DNA of 64,000 nucleotides from NCBI GenBank assembly GCA_030704615.1, contig CM060733.1, positions 10,664,001 through 10,728,000 on the forward strand. Direction: 5' to 3'. This document shows, piece by piece, positions 1-10,809 of this stretch (position 1 is the stretch's first letter; every line of letters starts with the position of its first letter). The stretch is from Takakia lepidozioides (lineage: Eukaryota; Plantae; Bryophyta). A program made the position numbers and the translations under genes. The notes beneath the pieces are model-generated. The model had not been told where the DNA came from and ran no database searches. It was given only the letters and a program-made list of their open reading frames with translations.

Positions 1-1234
1 GATACCAATTTTGAAGAAGCATTGGGTTTTTGCACAAGTATATGGCATGATTTGATGGAAGTGTCGAGGGTGTGGGATGCAGATGAGCATAATCTGTGGA
101 ACGTGAAGTTGTGAAGGAAGTTCTAAAGCCCAAATTGAATGACTTGTGTGATATTGTACATGAGTACATCATTCAGACCATCCTCGTCTCAGTCATGTTG
201 GGGTAAGAAATCTACTTCTTGACATTCAGATTTCCAAGTTTTAGTCATTTATCAATTAGTTGGCATAGGACGTCTTTTCAAATCTCCCACTCCACCCATC
301 TTCAATCTCATGGCTGACCCTCGGATTTTGACAGATATATAATCATAGTCCACACTTATATAAATCCATACGACGCTTGTTTCGTGAGGAGCAAGGGCTG
401 GAAGGCATGAGCATCCACGGCAATTCAGTACCCTCCTGATTTGCCTCCTTGTCCTCCATTTGCTGTTTGGCTCCCTCAAGTGTACGGGATCATCTCTCAA
501 TTCAATCAGATGGGCTTGATCCCTACAACACGTGAGGAATTACTGGATCTTTCAAGGCCTCCATCATTTACTTCTACTCTTTACTGCCCTGTCATTCAAG
601 AGTTACAGCGATATGGTAACCATTACAGGGTGACATCCCCGGCATGAACACAACAAGTATGGTGTCTTTTGATTGTGTAGTCTCATTTGTTTTCCAGCAC
701 CAGCCCATTACCAACAATTCAGCAAATGACATGGAGGAACCTACAAGATATGTGGGTCTTATAAGGGAGATTTTGCAAATTGACTATGGCCAAACACAGC
801 CTATAGTGTTTTTGTGTTCGTGGGTACGGGCGAGTCGCGTGGGTCGTCAACCTATGTCAATGAAGCAGGATGATGCTGGCTTCACACTTGTCAATTTTAA
901 CCGTATGCTTCCACCTTCTGAGCAACCTTTTGTGTTTCCTGGCCAGGTTGATCAAGTGTTTTTTTCTGATTGTGTGAAGGAGCCGGGGTGGAAAGTCGTC
1001 CTGGAGAAGAGCCCCCGAGCACGTAGAGTGGTCTGCGACATATCAATTGATAATGATGATGTGGCGGAAGTGGAAGGATTGTTAGCCCCACAAAGACTAG
1101 TGGAGACTCTGGTTACTGATGGCCCAACATGCAGCGGTACCGGTTTACTCCAAGCAGTGCCTCCTTGTACCTCCGAGCACCCCGTATACGTGGTGATGAT
1201 GTTCAGCCAACCCTTGGACAGATCAAGTCTGTGA
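1..1234 (+). pseudogene. Degenerate CACTA Tnp2/TnpD transposase C-terminal region (DUF4218/DUF4216-like)
   Basis: Y-x-x-EEALGFC at 1-35. ORF 644-1234 reads YVGLIREILQIDY...VFLCSWV...DDAGFTLVNF...EQPFVFPGQVDQVFF...GWKVVL, typical of the CACTA transposase tail. Upstream part broken by frameshifts. Confidence 0.8.
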
Positions 1235-1754
1235 TGAAGACAGTGATACATGTAGTGACCCAGACATAGATGAGGATGATGAAGATTAGATATGCGCGAT
1301 TTGTGCACTCCAGTTATAGACCATGCATGATAGTTTAAGGTGGTAACACTCCCTTCGCATTCCCATTAAGATATCATGCTTGGACACTGGATTTTATGAT
1401 CAATTATGGAGTGCTTTCCTTTCAGCATCCTTTATTCATTTGTTGTTGCATTGGCTTTGGACCAACCCGTGCTGGTACCATTGCCATGGGTTCTGCCTGC
1501 AATGTTTTCTTACCATGGATTCGCACACACGCCACGAAAGGCCATCCAGACCATCCTCTGGAAATGCTCCAATGTTGTTTCAAACATCTCCACATTGCAA
1601 TGGATACAACAATGACATACGATGAGTGAAAGTGAGACTAGACCTCCAGCCAGCCGGCTTTCCCACATCAAATTGAAGGGGATCTGTAGATTATAGATAA
1701 CGGCTGTTGCCTTCTCAATGTCTTTTCCAATCACCTTCTGCAATGAACTGGGTA

Positions 1755-2620
1755 TAAGATCCTTCAAATCACAAGTTTGAGCATCACGCACAAGCCACTT
1801 ACGGGGATAGAGTTTCCAATGCGAACCATTGGTCTTTTATTGATAGCATTGTTGTAAAATACATGGCTCAACATGGTCAATTTCGGGAATGACATATAGT
1901 ACGCTTTCATGTACTATGTAAAGCATGCAACTATGTACCAGTGACGTGGCTTGTTCGCCACTTAACCTGTTTGCCCATTCAGCCATCTCCACATTGTCAT
2001 GGATTTGCATGCTGGATTGTGAGGCATCCACACCGTCCTCTGAAATGCTATCATGGGGTTTCAGCTATGTCCACATTTCCCTGGATTATGCCTGCACGAA
2101 GCAAGGCCAACTGCATTCAGCACCCTCCACTTTATTATAGTATTGCAGCAACATTCAAAGCACTTCAATTTGTATTCATCGAAAACATCTAGGCTGGAAA
2201 AAGACATTTTTGCAGCAAAACTTAGGAAAGTACTTCTCCCCTTCCACTACACACGTGAAATGAAAGAAGCCAACCAACATCATACCAACCAAGAAAATAT
2301 GAAACCAGCCAAGAAAAGAGCCAATATATGCAGTGAAGGTCGACACTAAATGAAACTTATCCAACACTTACATTAGAGGAGGGAAACTAAGTCTTACCTC
2401 CATAAGCTTGCCCACATCAAATTTGGGAGCTTTCAGATTTTTCCTTTCCGGTTGAATGAACTTGGCTACAAGATCCTTCAAATCACAAGTTGAGCTTCAC
2501 ACACAATGAACTTACAGGGATTGAGCTTCCAATGCGAACCAGAAGTCTTATATTGATAGCATTGTTGTAAAACACATGGACCAACAATGACAGTCACTGG
2601 AATGACATATAGTACAGCAT
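1755..2620. repeat. Dispersed direct duplication of about 150-170 bp inside the CACTA element (about 1755-1905 and 2468-2620)
   Basis: Both copies share AAGATCCTTCAAATCACAAGTT...TTCCAATGCGAACCA...TATTGATAGCATTGTTGTAAAA...GGAATGACATATAGTAC. Confidence 0.85.
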
Positions 2621-3860
2621 GCCGCTTCCAGTTGACCATCTACCCATGTAGGTTTCTTGTAACTATCATTCCACAGGGAATCATAGGTAATGTGGAGCTT
2701 GAAATCCAGCCCTCTTGGATGAATCTGGACCCACACTCTATCCCTGCTCCTTCAGCTATCCATGCCTCTGACAGCCTACAATTCTACAGCAAACACCCCA
2801 ACCATACTGGTGTGGAGTTCTTCCCCAAACACCCCAACCCTACTTATCACAATCTGAAATGCATCTGCTTCTCTCTGTAGTCCAACAGGCATTCGTCTTT
2901 TTGTCTCCATTGTCCCACCATTGGGGTCGGAAAGTGTTCACCCCAAAGCTTCTCCTTACCTCTATTATATGTTTTTGGATACTTCCCTGCTGCCACACTG
3001 GCAGTAACTTGCCAAAGTCACTCCAAACCACCACAGATCTACCCAACGACCTAACTTACAGAATTCAATATGCATCTTGCGGCCGAGTCTGAGGAGAGGG
3101 CAACACAGGCTGAAATAGGTTGAAGAAGAAGGTGCCCTACCACATTATCCTTGACCTGTCCTGACCCATGGAGGATTTGACCGATGACCTCTTGTGTGTG
3201 CTGCTTGTGTCTGTAGTCAGGTAATGTCGGATTGGTCTATGAGATCGAACCACTACGGCGTAGATGAGTAGTCAGAGATTGAAACACGCTTGCTAAGACC
3301 AAGCTGACTCTCCCAAGAACGGCGAGCTCGCTTCTCCTCGTCTCGTCTCCTCCTCATCTTCTCCTTCGTGCATCATTTGCTCAACGCCTCCATCCCACGC
3401 CCCTGTATATCCTGCTATCATCGCGTTCCATCCCTCAGCTATGTGGTGTGGCGCATGAGACAAAAAAACGCCAAATCCCAGCCCTCCTTTCTGTTCACGA
3501 TTACACTAATGAGCAACCTTATTTGCATTATATGTGCCTTCAAAATGACACGTGTAGTGATGTAGTCGTATAAATAGAGCTCTGAAACCATCTTCAGTCA
3601 TGGAGTCATAAGATTCCATGAAACGTCGTCCACGTGTAGTCAAACATATCACACTAGTCATATAAACCATCCCTGTCATCATGATCAACAATGTTTGACC
3701 AATGCTCCCTAACTTTCCGGAGTCATGTAGTGATATCCATTACTACAAAGTCATAAAACTAAAACTGTAATGCATTTCAGCGCTCTGTAGTCATGTACCT
3801 AGTGCAGTTTTTATGACTCCGCCAAAGCCGTAGTCCTAAAAACGCTCATCTCTTGTAGTG

Positions 3861-4178
3861 TGAGGTGGCGAACCTCACTTGGGACGTGGGGAGATTATCT
3901 CCACGTGAGACGTAGGCAGGCTCGTCTTCTTCTAGTCGAGCCTTCCGATGCCTCTCTCGCCACCATAGCTCTAGTACTTGAGATGGAGAGTGGGTGAGGT
4001 CTGTATGGTGGAGTCCTTTAACAAAGGTGCCATTGGCTTGACTTATAGAGTGGTTTCTCCTCTTTTCACCATTTTCATATCACTAGAAGAAGACCTGCTT
4101 ACATCTATGAGTGCAAGGTGTTAGCATAGTTAGCACTTGTGTGTGGAAGATAGCTTAATATATAGCTCTTAAGTTACA
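3861..4178 (+). repeat. Probable 3' part of the 5' LTR of the outer Gypsy element
   Basis: 3861-4050 aligns by eye with the reverse complement of about 60090-60292, which flanks a related RT/RH fragment. A possible LTR end GTTACA lies at 4173-4178. No clear PBS recognised. Confidence 0.5.
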
Positions 4179-4962
4179 AGGTGTTGTAGGGTCTGCAAGA
4201 AGGAAACCTTGTGGTGTTTATGTACAAGAGGAGGTCTTCAAGGAGAGCCCCATTGAAAAGTTTGAGAGCTTGTGAAAAAGCTCTTGTTTTGCAAGTGTTG
4301 CAGGGTTTGATGAGTTCAAGAAGAGCTCGGGTATTAAGGGAGCAAGTGGTGCATGTGTGGAGCATGGTTTCAGCTTGTGGGAGTCTTCAACTTCAAGCTT
4401 AGGAGAGCTATGAGTAGAGATAGACATCTGATTTCTCTTTGGGGCAGAATAGTGTATTTGTAGAGCATGCTTTGAGTTGGGGTTTCAATCCCAAGCTTGG
4501 GAAGAGCATGTCTATGGAAGTGGCAAGTGCAGGGTTGGATTAAGAGGTGCACTATGGCCATGGAAGGAAGCACTATGAGTGCATGCAATGGCTAGAAGAG
4601 GGTATGCCATAGAAAGCTCTATAGCTTGTTCTATGCTTGTTTCAATAAGTTTCATAGAGAAAGAGAGCTTATTGTATGGCAAATAGTTTGCTCAGGGAGT
4701 TAGAGGCACTCTTGGTGGTCTATTGAGCTCAAGAAACCAAGAACATCACCTCTGGTTGCTCCATAGAAGCCATAGCTCGTTGCAGTAATCGCAGAGGCAA
4801 AGCGGCGCAAACCCTAGCCTGGGAATGCGTAAAAACACGAGTGAACTCCTTGGGAACTCGAGGGAACGCGTGAGAACGATTGGGAACTCTTTTGGGAACT
4901 TGTGGGAACGCATAGGAACACGTGAGAACATTGCCCCAGAGTTGGGAGCACCACCATTGTCC

Positions 4963-5400
4963 CATCGGATGAACTATTGAGCCAGTGGATGACATTCGGC
5001 ACTTCTAGATGAGAATCAGCAGTGGATGAAACTGCACCAGCGGATGAAATCTCGTCAGCGGATGAACTATCACACTATCGGATGAAAAATTGTGGAGACG
5101 GATGAAACTGCGTCAGCGGATGAAATCGTGGCAGCAGATGAACGATCGTACCATTGGATGAAAAATCGCGGCGACAGATGAAACTGCGTCAGCGGATGAA
5201 ATCGTGGCAGCGGATGAACTATCGTGCCAACGGATGAAAAATCGATACAACGGATGAAACTGCGCCAGCGGATGAAATATCGCGCCAGTGGATGAAATAT
5301 CGCACCGACGGATGAACTATCGTGGCGGATGAAATATCGGACCTGCGGATGAGAAATCGCGGTTTTGGATGAAATTCAGTCAGTGACGGATGAAAAATCG
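4963..5400 (+). repeat. Tandem array of about 20 GGATGAA-core units (17-21 bp) in the retroelement 5' UTR
   Basis: Units such as AGCGGATGAAATCGTGGC, AGCGGATGAACTATCG, CGGATGAAAAATCG and GACGGATGAAACTGCGTC recur with a 4-unit higher-order period of about 76-78 bp. Confidence 0.9.
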
Positions 5401-5444
5401 ACTGACTGTGGATATTTTTGGAGCCTTCTTGGGACTTGTACGAG

Positions 5445-5790
5445 GACTATTTGGGATCTATTGAGGCCAATATCTTGCAGGTATTGGGGCCTGTTTGAGA
5501 ACTATTTGGGGTCTATTGAAGCCAATATCTTGCAGGCTTGTGGAGCCTGCTTGGGGCCGTTTGAAGCACTATTTGGGGTCCTTGAGGCCAATGTTTGGCA
5601 GGCCTGTGGAGCCTTGTGAGGGCTGGTTGGAGGACGATTGGGGGTCCTTGGAGGCCCATATTGGGCAGGCTTATGGAGTTTTCTATGAGCTCTTTGGGGG
5701 ACTATTGGAGGTCTTTGGGGGCAAATACTTGGCAGATTTGAAGAGCTTCTTAAGAGCTGTTGAAGGACTGTTGGAGGTCCTTGGAGGCCG
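5445..5790 (+). repeat. Degenerate tandem repeat of about 55-70 bp (5-6 copies) upstream of gag
   Basis: Recurrent TATTTGGGGTC(T/C)(A)TTGAGGCCAATAT(C)TTGCAGGC(T/C)TGTGGAGCC-like unit. Confidence 0.75.
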
Positions 5791-5917
5791 AGCACCAGCG
5801 ATACTAGTGGATATACAAGACGAGGTATGCGGTTTAGGCCACCTTCACCTTCAGTGTCTTGTGGAAAGTTCAGACTCAGAGTTAGGAGGATTCTCGCTGA
5901 GGGTGCAAGCCATTTCC

Positions 5918-7163
5918 ATGCCATTGTTGTGGGATACGATGGAGGAAATGTATGGAGCTACTAAGGGGCCACGTCGGTACTTTGGAGCTGTGGGCACCAT
6001 CGAGCTTGATGATTTCATACCGGAGTTTGATAGTTGGTGTGATTTGCAGCAGATGCGCAATCCACAACTGTTTACGCCTTTTATGGCATGGAAGGGGCTG
6101 TTTCAGTACCTTGAGGGGCTGCCTTATGGATGACTATCATGAGTTTAGGTGGGGAAATGAGGTGGAGATTGAGGAGTGACGATAATATTGGTCACCTGAC
6201 TGTGTCTCCATCACTAGAGACACAAGGGCAGCGGCGACAAAAGCAGCTACACCAACATCCCCAACTGCAAGCACTAATAGTGGGACAAGTAAAGATGGAG
6301 CTGGGAAATCCACTCAAGCTCCTGCTGCAGCACCAGCACCCATGCCTGCCTTTAACCCAGTTGTGGAGTTCTTCGAGGAGTTGAGGAGAAACTACCAGGG
6401 GATAAGGACGGAGAAATTGCGGAGCTTGCAAGAGTTCCAGCGCAAGCCTACTGAAAGTTTGAGGGAGGCTTACACGCACATGAGGCGATTGATAAATGTA
6501 ACCCAAAGGGTTACGGAAGCTCAAGTAGTCCAATTCTAGTATGGGATATTGGACAAGGAGCTGAGGAGAAGGGTGCGGGATGCAACTCTCCTACAAGTGG
6601 CCCAACTCACCTTAACAAACGTGTTTTTGCTGGCAGAGCGGATAGAGCTCAATATGGTGGAGGAGCGAGTGGTCATGGTAGGGTTTGGTAAGGAGACACA
6701 ACGAAGCGGGGCTCCTAGCCAACAACAACCACTACCCCAACGTGCTCAAGGCAACAAGAGGGCTCAGGCGAAGCCCAGGGAAGGACAGAGAAGATCTCAA
6801 TTTCAGAGGTCACTTCCTTCATTCTTAGGCCATCAACAGTCATGTGTGACATGTTGGGATTGTGGAGGACCCAATGTTAAGAAAGATTGCCCGGAGAGAG
6901 GCAAAGGGCCGGCACAGGCATAACCTACACAACTACAGTGTGGGCATTGTGGCAAGTATGGGCATGATGAGGCCCATTGTTATGACTTGCATCTTGAGCT
7001 GCGGCTAGGCCAGTTCCAAAAGAACAATGGTGGCCGAGGATGAGGCAATGTAGTCCAGAGAGGTAGAGGAGGCAGAGGTCGTGGTGGAGGTCGTAATCAA
7101 AACCACGGAGCACATGGTCAAGGTCAAGGTCATGACCAAGGCATGGTGGATAGGCTTGCCTAG
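5918..7163 (+). pseudogene. gag: gag of outer Gypsy element with two zinc knuckles (frameshifts and stops)
   Basis: ATG at 5918. Capsid-like F-Q-R-KPTESLREAYTHMRRL. Knuckles CWDCGGPNVKKDC (about 6852, degenerate) and CGHCGKYGHDEAHC (about 6939-6980). Confidence 0.75.
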
Positions 7164-7673
7164 CTAGAGCAACGTCTTGTTACCATGGCCACTACTCATG
7201 TTGCGCCAGCTCCAAGGCCTGAGGTTCAAGCCCCACCTACACAACTTCCTATGCCTAGGGAAGACCAGATTGATATGGGCTTCATGTGTGGAGCCGCACT
7301 TGTAGGACCATTGCATGTGGACTCTGCAGCTGCTGTCACTCGAGCAGTAATGCGTGCTCCTGAGCCAAGAGGAGTAGATGTGGATTCTAATCCACAAAGA
7401 GGGGAAGCAAGTCGATAGACAAGGCTTCCACAGTCTTTCACATTGGCTGAGGCGATGCCAACTACGCCATCGATGGTACCCGCTCACCCAAGTGTGTCAG
7501 AGGTAGAGCCACGAGTGCCAGTGGGGAGAGTTGGTGTGGCTCGAGAAATGCCAGTGGGTGGTGCTGCAAAGCAAGGTGCAACTAGTATATTGTTGGGGGC
7601 AGCTACGGCAATTTGTCAAGCTCCATTGTTTTCTGCCACGACAATTGCAATACCGGGGATTTGACCAGCTGCT

Positions 7674-8262
7674 GTGTTCAGACTAGCAGCTAGACTCTGT
7701 GAGAGTGGTGATGCATCGGCATTATTTGCGGGGATAGCGGATAATGTGCAGTGTATGGATGCCCTGGACTCAAGGGTGAAGACAGCCACAGCTGCATCAT
7801 GGCAAGCGGCAGCTGTAAGGTTGCAGGAGTTGTCAGCTAGATCAGCCATTGAGCGTAGTATGGTGACTCCTGGGGTAGTCCTGGTGAACAATCAGGATGG
7901 TGTGTTTCAGTTAGGTGGCCCAGCCAGGAGGAGGTATAGGCCACTATGGGCCGTGTTGGACTCGGGAGCACAGCCATTGATGTTGGGGAGAGCAGCAATT
8001 GCAGGCTTGGGCCTTACAAAGGCGGATTTGGAACCTTGCTCTTTCCAAATTCAAACATCTTTGGGTGGTTCAGAGAAGGCGCAAGGGATTACACGCCATG
8101 AGCTCTTCATTCGATTGCAGCCAGATCATCATACAGACGGCTCAGTCATGAGAGCTAAAGCCATTATTACGGACGCGATGTCCTATGATGTGCTTGTTGG
8201 TGGGGCGGTGTTATACCTCATGGGACTCACTCTGGACTTTTGGGAGGAAACGACATCCTACA
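7674..8262 (+). pseudogene. Retropepsin aspartic protease domain of outer element
   Basis: AVLDSGAQPLMLG (D-S-G-A active site) and downstream YDVLVGG motif. Frameshift near 8260 leads into the MTase-containing frame. Confidence 0.8.
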
Positions 8263-9893
8263 AGGGGAATGGCAGTCAGGAGATGGCCGATGTGCACTGC
8301 TTCCAGTGCGGTTTATTGGGAATGTAGCGGTGGATAATAAGAACATGATGCCCACATTGGCTGCATTTTCAGGGGTTTGGGGTGGTGAGCTCTTGGAGGG
8401 CAATAGCCATGCAGATGATAGGCCATCACCTCATGAGGACAAACAATTGGCATACAAGGTTGATTTGCTTCCTCATGTGCCTGTGCATATTCCATTGTGG
8501 GATACGGTTGGGAATTTGCACCGAGTAGCAGGCGAGTGTGTGCACCAAGCATGGCAGGAGGCCTTTCCATTGATGAGTAAGGGGAGTTCAATGACATCAC
8601 CTGGACCTCCTGAGTTAGCTCCTTTGGACACGGTGCCCATTACCTGGCAACCACCTGATCCAGGGATTTGTTTGCTAGACCTGTTTGGAGGCATGAGCAC
8701 TGGGCTTGTAGGAGTGTTGCAAGTTGGGATTAAAGTACGCAAGTACTTGTATGTGGAGAAGGATGAGATAGCTCGGCGTATTTCTATGCGTCACATCGCC
8801 TTGTTCACACACCGGTATCCTGAGTTGTTGCCTCTCTTAGCAATTCAAGGGTATCAAAAGGCATTGCCAGCAGATATTACCTTGCTGGGGGCGGATGATT
8901 TGGACTGGCATGGTGCCATTGACTTGGTGATAGCCGGATGGCCTTGTCAAGGACATTCTCCCGCAGGTCATGGGAATGGCATGCATGATGCACGATCGCA
9001 TTTGTTTTGGGAGATGTTGCGAGTGTTGCGGGACTTACAGACGAGGCAAGTGCAACCTCTAGGCTATATCTTGGAGAATGTTCCTCTTATGGGGGATTCT
9101 CGGGCCAGGGTTATGGCCAGTGTGCATCAGGTGCGGTCTTGGATTGGATCGGCGGTGCTATTGGATGCAACAACGGTGGGATCACGCGCGCATCGACCTC
9201 GATTGTGGTGGACCAATCTTGCACCACCAGAGCTGCTCAAGAGAGCATACGATTCCATTCAATGGCCACCCAATCTCACGGTTGAGGGCATTTTGGACCA
9301 AAGGAGACAACCACAGAGGGTGCGACATGATGACCATTCACCTCTAGCAGTGGTCAATCGAGTGGGACAGCCACATGCGGCCTTGCCTACGCTCATGAGC
9401 TTTCCATCGTCTCATGCTTTTCGAGACAATGGTCCTGGATTGATTTGGGATAGTGTGCTAATTGGTGGAGCCCAATGCGGATGAGCAAGAGCGGGCAATG
9501 GGTTTTACCACGGGCACTATAGATGTACCAGCTCTGTCAGAGGTATCACGTCGCCAAATGTTGGGTCAAGCAATGGATCTAAATTGCTTGACATGGATAA
9601 TTGGCTTGTGCATGGCTGAGCAATGGAGATTGCAAGCATTAGTGGCTACTATTGCACTCCCATTGGATAGTGCATCCTCCCTGCCAACCGGGACGGTTGA
9701 GGCAGTGAGTGGGGGCGAGCACAGGATCGTGGGTTGCAAACACCCATGGCAGATGTGGGATGAGATGCGCAAAGAGAGAGTCATTGGATCTCTCAAGCAG
9801 CAGTATAATGAGTGGGGAGAGTCATGGACTGATGATCAGTTGAAGGCTAAGGTGACCAAGGTTTTTGAAGAGGTTGAGAATGTTTCTTGCTGA
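8240..9893 (+). pseudogene. DNMT3-like C5 cytosine DNA methyltransferase domain embedded in the retroelement pol polyprotein (core 8666-9600; one frameshift near 9460)
   Basis: Motif I LLDLFGGMSTG (8666+), II YLYVEKD, III DI, IV DLVIAGWPCQ (catalytic Cys 8945-8947), VI YILENV (Glu 9074), VIII AHRPRLWWTNL, IX EQERAMGF, X RRQMLGQAM. Canonical unpermuted order as in DNMT3, unlike DRM. Confidence 0.92.
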
Positions 9894-10052
9894 GAGGATG
9901 TTCTCAAGGTGGCTATGGCGGAGCAAGTGGAGACTACGCCACAGTCAAATTGGGCGGACAAGGCCCAAGAGGTTGATATCTAGCAACCAAAGGATTCGTC
10001 TCCTACCTCCAAGCATGGTGTACCCAAGGTTGCAGTCACTGAGGACAATTGG

Positions 10053-10754
10053 TGTCGCGGCCCTTTGCCTTGAGGGCAGGGGGTCGGGACACATGAGGGG
10101 CTGCCCCTGTGGTGGGGGTAGCGGCAGTGATAGGTATGGGGGGCTGAAGCACCCTTGAAGGCGCTCACTAGGTGGAGCCCCGCACACCGGGTTGCGGTGG
10201 GGGTGGCTCCACAAAGGGTGGTGGTAGCTTAGCGGGACTTAGTGGGGGTGGCATAGGACTCACCATGGGGGCGGAGACCTCGTGGTGGGAGTCGTGGGGA
10301 GTCTTGGGACTCATCACGGTCCATAGGGGCCGTGGTGAGTGGGCCAAGACTCACCGCGACTCATCACCGGGAGTCGAGGGTTTTCGTGGTGGTTCGCCAT
10401 AAAATGGCATGGCTGGTTGTGAAACCCCCGCGGACAGCTACAGAAGTATATATAGGGAGTAGTAACCCCGAGAACGGTGCAAGCCCGTTGGTGACCAAAA
10501 ACTAGTGAGTAAGCGAGCGAGCCGGAAAGCGACCAAAGAGTGGGGAGCTGTTCCGGACTGCCAACTACCAAAGGGAATTCCCGCTGGTTCCAAATCGGTG
10601 GAGGGTTCTTTGGGAGAACAAAGGGGGACCGTTATGCCCCGGTGAGCAGCCGAAGCTCCAAGTTGGCCCGGCGGCCAGGTTGGGAGTCAGGCGCGCGCAT
10701 CAAAGCGAGTAACTATGACTTGAGGGGGAGCTTACCGAAGTGAGGTGCGTGACA
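10053..10754 (+). repeat. 5' LTR of nested chromovirus (702 bp)
   Basis: Starts TGTCGCGG and ends GTGACA. About 10 substitutions and one 25-bp deletion relative to the 3' LTR (counted by eye). TATATA box near 10448. Confidence 0.96.
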
Positions 10755-10756
10755 CT

Positions 10757-10768
10757 TGGTATCAGAGC
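10757..10768 (+). promoter_or_regulatory. Primer-binding site complementary to initiator tRNA-Met
   Basis: TGGTATCAGAGC 2 nt after the LTR end. Confidence 0.95.
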
Positions 10769-10809
10769 TTAGAGTTCAGTACGCGATCGTCCTTGGGATT
10801 GGCCTCATC

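Larger units (their letters stand above)
1..3860 (+). mobile_element. CACTA (En/Spm) DNA transposon, 3' portion; left end lies outside the window
   Basis: Right terminus TCTTGTAGTG at 3851-3860 (reverse complement CACTACAAGA). Clustered subterminal (T/G/A)AGTCAT-like repeats at about 3560-3840. Transposase remnants at 1-1234. Confidence 0.85.

Noticed and set aside
4963-5400. GGATGAA array as a CRISPR or coding repeat
   Set aside because: The core is only about 8 bp, the intervening 10-13 bp are themselves repeated, and there is no sustained ORF.
8240-9893. Host DRM/DNMT3 gene or bacterial restriction-modification MTase contaminant
   Set aside because: Intronless, unpermuted motif order, no UBA or other host domains, no restriction partner, and collinear with retroelement PR and RT.
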